Assembly: GCF_036971445.1 (NCBI RefSeq)
Contig: NC_091471.1
Location: 289,044,001-289,108,000 of the forward strand
Length of the DNA: 64,000 nucleotides
Reading direction: 5' to 3'
DNA from: Narcine bancroftii
Lineage: Eukaryota
Shown here: one piece after another, positions 54,439 through 64,000 of the stretch
Layout of the letters: every line of letters starts with the position of its first letter
How positions within the stretch are numbered: position 1 is the stretch's first letter
Program-made: the position numbers and the translations under genes
The notes under the pieces: model-generated
Told to the model about the DNA's origin: nothing
What the model saw: the letters and a program-made list of their open reading frames with translations, nothing else
The model's database searches: none

Positions 54439-54973
54439 AACCGCCTAAGTCGCGGGGAAAGAGTAGACCATGAACAGATGAAAATCAAGCCCCGTGTAAC
54501 AGGTCACCAGCGAACACCCGAGGACGAAGCATCAGCGGCAGCCAAACAGCCTCCAAGTGCATCTCCCAGCAAACTTACCCATTCCTTCCGACTCACTCTC
54601 CAATCTCTATCTCTGGACGATAGCCCATCGAGGAACAGTACCTCACCTGCTGACTGCACATGCTCCATCCATCAGGACCCAAGGTGGAATTTAACAATTT
54701 AAGATAACTTGCGCTTCCAGTTGGTGTCCGAAGTGGTCATTTCTGATTAAACGTTATTTGCCTGAAATGTTAACTCCGAATTTCCTCTCACCCCTGGTAC
54801 TGCCTGAATATTTCCGCCAACTGTTGAGTTTGGTTCCTTTATTATTCTTCCCAAGCCCAAGTGTTGGCCCTTCCATTTTGATCGTGAAAATCTTCCCATC
54901 AACCCACCCCCTTGTCCCCGATCGCGCCAAGTGACGAGAACCACACAAGGAAACCATCCCTGCACTGCGCCTC

Positions 54974-54979
54974 TTTATT
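54974..54979 (-). terminator. Poly(A) signal AATAAA of the IgL transcript
   Basis: About 335 nt after the stop codon; conserved at the homologous position (22003-22008) in the paralog. Confidence 0.7.
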
Positions 54980-55314
54980 GGGAGTTTGTCGCCGTTAGGG
55001 TCGCTCAGTCTGAGATTGATGGTAAAAACATGCATGAATTATGTCAATTAGATTCACCCGCGGTGCCAGAAAACATCATTGGAACTGGAATGTCTCATTG
55101 AACCAAGTGGCTGGTCACTTTCATCCCGTGCAGCCCCTCGAGGGGAGCAACTTCGGGAACAAATACTCATCTCACACAGTGTAAACCACAGGGGGTGAAA
55201 CAGAAGCAGAGAATACAGTGAAGAGCGAGCGCGCAGAGCGGGGAGCGGCTGAAAGATACAAGGCAGTGATCTCCCGTTCATCAGGGAGCGAAGGCCCCCG
55301 AGGCCGCGCTCTGT

Positions 55315-55637
55315 TCAGCAGCTGGATTGTGCGACTGTAGCGGACGTTGCCGAGGCAGCTCCTTGTTGAACCGTGCAGGAGTACACCTTGCCTCTGCTCC
55401 AGTCTGTGCCGGGCACCTTCAGGTAGCTGCTGAGACTGAAGGTGTTGTCCTTGTTTCGCATCGCCGGGCTGGTTTCCACCCCCGTCCTCGCCGGACTCCC
55501 GTCCACGGTCCAGCTGACGGCGGGGAAGCCCAGCGACAGTTTACTGACCAGGCAAACCAAGGTGCCCGCTCCTTGAGCGGAGATCTCCTCGGATGACGGC
55601 CCGAGCAGTTTCACTGAAGGTTCGGGGAGATTCTCCG
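55315..55637 (-). CDS. Ig light-chain constant exon, intact, sigma-like
   Basis: catttcAG acceptor at 55640-55638; ENLPEPSVKLLGPSSEE...TLVCLVSKL...VSWTVDG...DNTFSLSSYL...DW...VYSCTV...QSSC*; both C1-set cysteines, the Trp and the terminal interchain Cys are present. Confidence 0.96.
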
Positions 55638-55829
55638 CTGAAATGGGAACAAGAGAAACATTTCAGGTCACGGAAGAACTCGGCTAATTTTAGAATTTGG
55701 CACAAGCGCGAGGCAGATGGAGATGGATCCAAACACGTGTGAGATTTTGCACATTGAGAGATCAAATGTGTCCACTGAAGGACGGGTCACATCAGCATGG
55801 ATCCAAGATGCTGCCTGAATTGGAGGTTT

Positions 55830-56180
55830 AATCTACGAGGGATGGGAGAGGTTTCTTTTCTCTTCTGCTTGAGAGATTGACGGGGTAATTTAGGAGTGGT
55901 ACAGGTCGTTTGGAAGATGAGGTCTCATCCTCTGGATTAATAAAAAAGTGAAAGGGAAGAGGACACGAGTTTAAAGTGAAGGGGGGATTTTGAAGGAGAC
56001 GCGCTGGGCGAGTTGACTTTTACAGAGCAGTGCGTGTCTGGGATCGTGGAGAAGCAGCTATCAGACGAATGTTTAAGAGTGGGTTCAAGACACAAATTGA
56101 AAGGAAAGGAGGAACGGCTTCCATCATGTACATTCATTTGAAATCTCATCTCGTTCCGTGCAGACGTCGTGGGCCGAAAG
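55830..56180 (+). mobile_element. Old CR1 3' remnant within the J-C intron
   Basis: gaggacacgagtttaaagtgaagggggg...ttttacagag and gtgggccgaaagg, as in CR1 3' ends. Confidence 0.55.
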
Positions 56181-56533
56181 GTCGATTTTAGTGCCACGCC
56201 GTTCTGTATTCGATGGAAAGATGAATCGTTAGCGTCTGAAACACAATATTGATGAGCCCATCTCAAGGACAACGCAAAAGGGCCCGATAAATATCACAAT
56301 TTAACATTACGGGCTCATTTAAGGTGAATCAAAAATCACATTTGAATGAAAAATTGTCAATAAATGTGGGTGAGAATTCCCCGAAAACCCTGGAGTAGAA
56401 CTGGCGCTGGACACGGAATAGGATTCGTTTGTCAATCAACATTTTCTGAAGGCAACAACCTGGAAATGATTCATTGTCAGGTGTCTGTAGTAGAGCCGTC
56501 GGTCACGGCAGGAGGATGTTGCCAGACACTGAC

Positions 56534-56570
56534 CTGGAACGAGGAGCTTGGTCCCTGGGCCGAACACCCA
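56534..56570 (-). CDS. Ig light-chain J segment WVFGPGTKLLVP
   Basis: FGxGT motif, 37 nt, followed by GTCAGT donor in phase 1. Confidence 0.95.
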
Positions 56571-56609
56571 CACGGTGCGAGGTTCCAGCCTTCAGTCCGT
56601 GCGGTTACG
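56571..56609 (+). other. J recombination signal (23-RSS) with degenerate nonamer
   Basis: CACGGTG abutting J, 23-nt spacer, then GCGGTTACG (3/9 match to ACAAAAACC). Confidence 0.7.
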
Positions 56610-56923
56610 CAGGGCCCTGAATCAGGCAGAAAGACGCGGTCAGACGCTCCAGGAGCAGCAGGAAACCAGACTACACACATCCCGCGTGTCCCAGCTGGGG
56701 TGGGGCAGGGAGGGGTGAACTCACAGCCCCTTCGCCTGCTTGGAATTAACCGGCAGCAAGAGCCGGCAATGAACGGCGGGGTTGGGAATTTTCCCAAATC
56801 TGAAATGATTGGAATTGGAAAATACTGCATAAAAGGTCAAACGGAAGTTAATTAACGAGAAGTGAAATATTAAAATGTTTTCTCCCGGGACAAAGATGTG
56901 AAGTGGATGGTGCTGCAGCTCCC

Positions 56924-56951
56924 AGTTTCTGTTTGACCGCCTCTGGCTGTG
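56924..56951 (-). other. V recombination signal (12-RSS)
   Basis: CACAGCC - AGAGGCGGTCAA (12 nt) - ACAGAAACT immediately after the V coding end. Confidence 0.9.
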
Positions 56952-57162
56952 ACACCAAGTATTGCTCGATGAACCCACTTCCCGCAGTGATAGACGGCGG
57001 CGTCCTTCACCTCCACCTGGTTGATGAGCAACCGGTAAACGGTGGCCGCGCTGTTGCCATTCGCCAACTGCATCGTCCCGATGTTACATTCCAGCGTGGC
57101 GCTGGATCCCGCATTCACGGACACGCGAGACAGAGGTTGAGCCAGAGTCTGCGAGTCTCCAG
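56952..57162 (-). CDS. Ig light-chain V segment, sigma-like, unrearranged, with large in-frame internal deletion
   Basis: GDSQTLAQPLSRVSVNAGSSATLECNIGTMQ/LANGNSAATVYRLLINQVEVKDAAVYHCGKW; FR1 and FR3 motifs (CNIGT, YRLLIN.VE..D.AVY.C.W) resemble sigma V; only 33 aa between the cysteines. Confidence 0.9.
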
Positions 57163-57266
57163 CTGAAAAAGAGCAGCAATTCCACATTAATCAGTGACCC
57201 TTTACTGCCAGCCCGAGAGCCCACATCAGAAACCGCTGGCGGGGCAGAGTTGCCGCCTGTACTTAC

Positions 57267-57312
57267 AGCCCAGCCACAGCGCCAGAGACCAGAGAAAACA
57301 CAGCGTCCGCAT
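57267..57312 (-). CDS. Ig light-chain leader exon (MRTLCFLWSLALWLG plus 1 nt)
   Basis: 46-nt hydrophobic exon; GTAAGT donor at 57266-57261; 104-nt intron to a tttttcAG acceptor; phase 1 matches the V exon. Confidence 0.92.
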
Positions 57313-57424
57313 CGTTGCTGCCCGTCACCTTCCTGCCTCCCTTCACCGCTGTGTCTGGGACAGACTGTGGCGACGCTGCGGATGGAACCCACTTATAGAG
57401 ACATTGGCACCGGGAAGGAAATCC

Positions 57425-57432
57425 ATGCAAAT
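57425..57432 (-). promoter_or_regulatory. Octamer ATTTGCAT of Ig light-chain V promoter, with TATA-like TATAAG at about 57392-57397
   Basis: + strand ATGCAAAT reads ATTTGCAT on the gene strand, the light-chain orientation; about 115 bp upstream of the leader ATG. Confidence 0.9.
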
Positions 57433-57974
57433 CGGAGCAAGTCACACTGACCAACCAGAGGAAGGACCTGAAACCCTCCCATTCGCCGTCAGTTGCCGTC
57501 CGCTGGAGGCGGTGACACGGTCAACATCCGACAGATGTGGGGAAACAAGGGGCAGGTGGTTCATTGTCTGAAATTTCCCACTTTCTCCTTGCATTTCCCT
57601 GATTCCGCTGAATACCGCTCTCCATCCCTCACCCAGAGATGCCCCTCACACCTCCAGTGATAATAAGGTGGGGCATTGCCGGCTTCCTATGTGAATAGTT
57701 CAGATACTTGGTGCAAACCCATACTGATACTGTGAGTGGAAGATTTCAATTCAGTCTGAAGAGGGGAATGAAATATGATTTCAGTAAGAGTGACTTGTGG
57801 GGTTGTGGCAATCTCTCGGGTATTCATTAACCGTTTGGGGGTGAAACATCCCGTCTTTACGCAGTCTGTGACCATGACCAATGACCCTTCCCACATGAAT
57901 AATTCAGACACTGGACTCAACCCCACCCTGACAATTGAGGGTTTCAATTCAGCCCATATGTGAGAATGAAATAT

Positions 57975-58335
57975 GGTCTCATTGAGGCTCAGGCTCCTGT
58001 ACCTTCATGATGGTAGCAGTGAGAAGAGTGCAAGTCCTGGGTGGGGCGGGACCTTAAGGATAGAGGCTGTTTACTTAAGAAACTGCCTTATGTCTGTCCT
58101 TAATGGTGTGGAGACTGTGGCTCAGAATTCACAGCTCTCTGTTGCACTTTCCTGTCCTGTGCATTGGATCTTCCATCCCAGACAGCGATGTGACCAGTCA
58201 CACCTGTAGAAATTGGCAAGAGTTGTTGGTAAAATGTCAAATCTCCTCAAAAAAATGGCCACTGATGAGCCTTCTTCATAATTGCCTTGGCATGAAGGTC
58301 CAGGATAGATCTTCAGAGATGTCAACAGCCAACAT
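57975..58335 (-). mobile_element. Rex1/Babar-like fragment
   Basis: Homologous to 17360-17700 (tgatggtagcag, ctgtagaaattg). Confidence 0.7.
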
Positions 58336-58542
58336 CAGTGGGAAATATGGGTGAGGAGAGTCGAAAATCATTTTCCAAACACATTGAAAGCAACACGTTA
58401 TCAAATGAAACTATGCACCTCATTGAGGACCAAACAGGGAATCTGTGCATTGAACCAGGAGATGGGGATAAGGTTTTAAATGGATACATCACATCTTTAT
58501 TCACTATGCAGAATGACAGGGGCATGGCAAGATGATGTAGAG

Positions 58543-59702
58543 CACACATGTCAAACTCTGGCCCACGGATATAATTATATTTGGCCCGCAAGATCATTAG
58601 AGGTGGCCCGCCCTGCAGCGAGAGCCGATGCTGTTTTTTGGTCATGTCACCCCCACCATCCTCCCACTTCATTGCACATCCTTCCCCATTGTAGCACGAC
58701 AAATTGTAACACGAGAAGTCTGTCGATGTCATCAGCCAGCAAGCAGGTTGGAAGGCTCCCTGCACAACCAGTCACTTCTCCCACCTGTCGACCGGTGCGG
58801 CGGATGGGCGAGCGCCTGTGATTTCCTGTTGGCGCGATGGGCATGGCAGGCTGCGCATGGTCCCCGGGCAGCGCGAGCCCCGCGCGACTGGCACCGGACG
58901 GCCCTTCCACAGCGCGAGCGCACTTCTCCCGGTCGCCACGACCTTCAGCGCTTGCACCCGCGCGAACCCCAGGGACGGCTGGTTCGGCCCTGCACGTGAA
59001 GAGAGAGATGGTGGCTGTCCGCAAAGGCTGATCGGCAGCGCGCTGGGCCTGAGTGGGTGGGTAAGCAGGGGTGGTCAGAGGGTGTAGGTGAGGACTAATG
59101 GGCAGGGGAAGTTATGGTGGTGCGAGGGGCAGTTAGAGGGAGGGATGAGTAGAAGGAGGGGTGGATAGGGAAGAGATAAAAGGGGAGGGGCAGGGCGAGC
59201 AGGGGAGGGGTGATTAGAGGGTGAGAGACAGGTAGAGGGAGGAACAGGTTGAGGGGAGAGGCAGTAGAAGGGCGTGTATAGGATGGGGTGGGTAGAGGCA
59301 GAGCGAGTGGAGTGAAGGGTGAGTAGATGTTGGGTAAAGGACTGGTCAGGTAGAGGGATGGTGGGTCGAGGGTGAATAGAGGCCTAGAGCCTGAGGAGTG
59401 AGCAGGAAATGCTGAGTCCTGATGCAGGCCAAAATGGACACAGCCTGTGAATGCTGACTACATCTCCACAGGGACCAAATAGGTTTCCCTCAGGTCAAGC
59501 AAAGGGTGAACTTGAGCTACCTACTCCTGACCTGTAACATTATCCTCCTAAAGTTATATCCTAATGTTTAACATTATATATGTTGAAAGAAGAAAAAACA
59601 TGCAGATGTTGTTGAAAATTTTCAATAAATATTTAGTTCGGCCCTCGACTTAGTCCAAGTTTTTAATTTTGGCCCTCCGTGAATTTGAGTTTGACACCCC
59701 TG
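58543..59702. mobile_element. Non-autonomous hAT element with TIRs and 8-bp TSD
   Basis: CAcacaTGTCAAACTC ... GAGTTTGACACCCCTG; flanks ATGTAGAG (58535-58542) and GTGTAGAG (59703-59710). Confidence 0.85.
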
Positions 59703-59719
59703 GTGTAGAGTCTAGACGT

Positions 59720-62700
59720 GTAATCTCAACCTCTCTTGCCAGACTTTTAAGCACCTGTCTTTTAACATTATTTTCAAGTTTAAATTTTTTAAATTTTAGT
59801 TTAAAGTATTAAGGAATTATTATGACCACTAATGGTAAAAAGATTAAACCTCAAGTGCAGAAGAAGTTACATTTTCGAAGTGCTGAAGATTTGGGGCCTA
59901 GACGACTTGATACAGCCCCAGGTTCCATCTCTTCATTGTCTAAACCTCAAAGACTGCCTGTGGGAGCTGTAAGAAAAAATTTCTATTCCTCACCAAGTGA
60001 AGGATGGTGCTAGAATTGCTCATTCTCTGCACTCGTGCTCCCAAGAAGTGGACCCTGATTTGGAAAGCCTTTCGATTTCAACAGAGGGAGCACGCAGGAA
60101 GACGACTCCATTATTGGAAATGCATCAGGTAGCATTTCAATCTGAAGAAATCGCTTATCTTCGTGATTTCATGAAAAAACAACGAGATGCGGGGGGAGAC
60201 CAGCGGCGACCCCCTGAGGAAGTCGGGGTGCCGTCCGTCGCTGGGAGTCCAGACCCGCAGTAAAACTTTTAAAATGCCTTCTGTTGAGTTGCAGCAGGAG
60301 CTGCAGTTACCTTGTTCTGTCACTACATCAGAGAGAGCAGAGCTGAGCTTTTCTGACCGACAGTGTATGCAATTAAATGCAGTTATTAAACCTATGTTGA
60401 CATCTCTAATGAATGAGATGGTTCAAATGAATGCTGGTATAAGTTCAGAATTAAATACAGTTAAAGCACGTGTGGATGCATCTTATGAAGAATTTAAAAA
60501 TATTCAGACTGTCTTTTTGGACTGTAAACAACAAGTGGCTTCTAATACAGAAAAAGTGTTGAAGGTTGAAAAATCAGTCATAAAATTGGGAGAACGTGAA
60601 AAGGAGCTAGAGAGGAAAATAGGCTACTTGGAGAATCAAAGCAGAAGGAATAATGTGAAAATTGTTGGTTTGCCAGAAGGTAGATGGACAAGGTCCTCTT
60701 CGTTTCTTTAAAGACTGGATCCTGCAAATATTAGGGCAAGAAAATTTTTCTGGGGGATTGGTACTGGAAAGAGCCCATAGAGCTTTAAGAAGAACACCTT
60801 CAGCTGGTCAAACACCAAAACCAGTAATAATTTGATGTTTGAGTTATTTGGACAGAAAAGCAATACTTCGACTAGCAGTACAAAATCCGAGACAACGACA
60901 AACTCCGTTATTGATTCAGAATAGCAGGGTTTTTTTTAATCCTGATTTGAGTCAAGAGGTCATTCAACGTCAACATCGATTCAATCCAGTTAAAGAAGTG
61001 TTGTGGTTTAAAGGTTATAAGTCTACTTTTTGTTACCCTGCAGTGTTGAAGGTGTTTTATGGAGACTATCAATTTCGGTTTTTTGAAACTGATCATGAAG
61101 CAAAGGTTTTTGCTGATTCATTGCCAGATATAAGAGGACAAAGACATAGTCCACCATTATCTCCTAAAGAAAAATCTGGTTGTTCTGGAAACGGAAGAAA
61201 TGGCAGAAATGGGAAAAACAGGAATGGAAAGAGTCTACCTCCTTCTGAAATGGGATCTCTGAGATTGGAATCTTTTTCATGAAAAGAAGAATTTTCTTTT
61301 TTTTTGTTATTATGATATTTTGATGTTATTGATTGTTTGGCTGGGGAGGGAAACATTTGCCCTAAGTTCTTTACTAGTCATCAGCCACTGGTGGGTGACC
61401 CACACCCAATTTTTGTTTTGGGGATTACTACCTTTTGGTAGTTTTTTTGGGGGGGTGGGATTTTCTTTTTTATCTTTATTATTTTTTTATTTTCATTTTA
61501 GTTAGCTTTTAATTTATGATGTTTTTTTTGATTGGAGGGCCTATATACATTGATTTGAGTTTTTATATAAAGATATTCTTGGTATTTAGTAATAATAGTA
61601 GGTATGTCACAGTTGAGGTTTGCTACTTTTAATGTTCGAGGATTAAATAGTCCGATTAAGCGTAAACGAGTTTTGGCGTATATTAAAAAAAAGAAAATTG
61701 ATATTGCCTTTTTACAAGAAACACATTTGAATGTGAAGGAAAGCATGAAATTAAAGAGGGACTGGGTTGGGCATGTGTATTCTTCTTCATTTATTCTAGA
61801 GCTAAAGGTATAGCAATTTTAACACATAAAAATTTATCTTTTGATTTACAATCAATGGAGGAAAAGGCAGAATGTATTCTTAAATTGAATTGTAAGATTT
61901 TTAGTGAATTCCGGACTTTACTTAATATTTATGCCCCAAATGCAAAGGATGAAATATTTATTTCAGATGCATTTTTATGTTTGGGTCAGGCTAATGATAA
62001 TATTTTAGTTGGTGGTGATTTTAATTGTGTTTTGGAACCTTAATTAGATAAATCTCTGAAGAAAGTTAAGAAATCCAAGATGGCAATTCAGGTCCAAGCG
62101 TTGATGAAAGATCTTAATTTAGTAGATATTTGGAGACGTCTTAATCTGACAGAGAAAGATTTCTCCATCCTTTTATTCATCTAGACATGAATAGTTTTCA
62201 AGGATTGACTTCTTTTTATTATCGGCACACTTACAAGGGAAAATACAACAAGCGGAAGATAAAAATAGGGTGATTTCAGATCACTCTTTGTTATATTTTA
62301 CATATGTAACTTCTGAGAAAATTCAAATGGCTTATTGTTGGAGGTTTAATACAATGTTGTTAAAAAATATGGAATTTATTGATTTTTTTAAAAAACAAAT
62401 TTTTTTTTGAAAGAAAATTCTAATTATGTTCAAAGTAAGTTTGTATTATGGGATGCTATGAAAGCCATTTTTAGAGGACAAATAATTAGTTACACTTCTA
62501 AAATAAAAAGAATCGATTAAATCAGAGTCTTGAATTAGACAAACAGATTGATGAGTTAGAAAATTAATTACAGAAAGATGCTACATAAGATCAGAAAATA
62601 GAATTATCTAGGTTGAAATTGGAATATAATCCTTTGCAATCTTATCAATTTGAATGTGTGATTAATAGGACTAAACAACGGTATTATGAATGGGGAAAGA

Positions 62701-63885
62701 AAGCACATAAGGTATTGGCGTGGCAATTAAAGAAAACAGATTTTGAGGACTAGCAATGCTCTTAGAGGGAATTCTCTTGTTACTTAAAAACTTCATGAGA
62801 TTAATGATGAATTTTATTCATTTTATAAAAAGTTATATACATCTGAAGAAAAACAAGAAACTGGATCGATTGATCTTTTTTTTATCACAGTTGAATTTAC
62901 CGATATTAGAGGATGCAGATATACAGGAGTTAGAAGAACCATTTACTGATTCGGAAATTAAAATGGCTATGCTGGAAATGCCGAACGGTAAATCGCCTGG
63001 TGATGATGGATTTTTGGTTGAATTTTATAAAAAATTTTATGATGCTTTATCTACAGTGTTTGGGGATGTATTACGTCAAGTTGGAGAACATTATGAATTA
63101 CCTGAGTCTTGTTCTAGTGCTTTAATTATAGTAATTCTTAAAAAAGATAGAGCTCCTTTAAAAGTATCTTCATATAGACCAATTTCATGTTAAATGTAGA
63201 TTATAAAATAATAGCTAAAATATTAGTGAATAGATTGGCTAAATTTTACCCAACTTGATTCATATGGATCAAACAGGTTTTATAAAGAATAGATATGCTT
63301 CAGACAACATTTTTTGTGTGATTAGTTTGATTAATAGATTTCGACAATCTTTAGATCACCCGATGGTGATATCCCTAGATGCAAAAAAAGCATTTGATAG
63401 AGTTGAATGGAATTTTTTGTTTAAAGTTTTGGAGAAATTTAAGTTTGGTCCTTTTTTTATTGGTTGGATTAGGGCTCTATATACTAAACCGGTAGCTAGA
63501 GTATTGACGAATGGTTTGATTTCCGAATCCTTCAAGTTAACTCGATCAACTCATCAAGGTTGTCCTTTATCACCAGCTTTGTTTGCGTTAGTGATTGAAC
63601 CTTTAGCACAGCTGATAAGACAAAATACACAGATACGAGGTATGGAAGTTTTAGATGAGGAGTATAAAATTAATTTATTTGCTGATGACGTATTGGTGTA
63701 TTTAATAAACCCAGCTCAGTCACTTTTGCATTTGAAGGAATGTTTAATACAATATGGATGTCTTTCTGGGTATAAAGTTAATTGGGAAAAAAGTGAAATA
63801 TTACCGGTAAGTGAAGGAGATTATTCAGTTTATAAGAATATTATTAATTTGAAGTGGACTGATCAAATTAAGTATCTTGGTATAA
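59720..63885 (+). mobile_element. L1/Tx1 LINE: ORF1 about 59822-61282, ORF2 from 61604, frameshifted
   Basis: LENQSRRNNVKIVGLPEG; ATFNVRGLNSPIKRKR...LQETHL; GGDFN; YRPIS; LFADD. Confidence 0.95.
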
Positions 63886-64000
63886 TTTTTTTTAAAAATT
63901 TTTTTATTTTTCACACCATAAACCACATTGACCATGATACATACATTTTCCTTTTCAAATATATACAGTGTCATTTTCTCCCCCCCACCTCCCTCCTCCC
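63886..64000 (-). mobile_element. 3' end of another L1/Tx1 copy inserted antisense into the preceding element
   Basis: Matches the 3' ends at 45283-45380 and 40598-40700. Confidence 0.88.

Noticed and set aside
53596-54488. Long Pro/Ser/Leu-rich ORFs on the minus strand
   Set aside because: Artefact of the stop-free 25-bp minisatellite
55175-55213. CACAGTG heptamer in the C 3'UTR (also at 22216-22222) as a kappa-deleting-element-like RSS
   Set aside because: No acceptable nonamer at 12 or 23 nt in either copy

Overview
Vertebrate genomic DNA, most likely from a cartilaginous fish (shark/ray/skate type). This is inferred from the compact Ig light-chain cluster and the repeat families; the species cannot be determined here. 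The key host locus is a 2.5-kb unrearranged immunoglobulin light-chain cluster on the minus strand (about 54,970-57,435): octamer/TATA promoter, leader, V with 12-RSS, J with 23-RSS, intact C exon, poly(A) signal. It resembles the sigma family. Its V exon is open and in frame but has only 33 residues between the two cysteines (no W41, FR2 or CDR2), and the J-RSS nonamer is degenerate. Three decayed paralogous pieces lie in the same orientation: a C pseudo-exon at about 17 kb, a truncated C at about 22 kb carrying an apparent gene-conversion patch, and a relic promoter-leader-V at about 31-32 kb. The remainder is mostly transposon debris: CR1, Rex1/Babar, Penelope, RTE and L1/Tx1 LINEs, SINEs, hAT and Tigger DNA elements, two Ty3/Gypsy elements (one Gmr1-like, split by about 12 kb of nested LINEs), and an endogenous retrovirus env pseudogene with its 3' LTR. 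No host coding exon could be supported in the AT-rich first 16 kb. All identities quoted are hand alignments.
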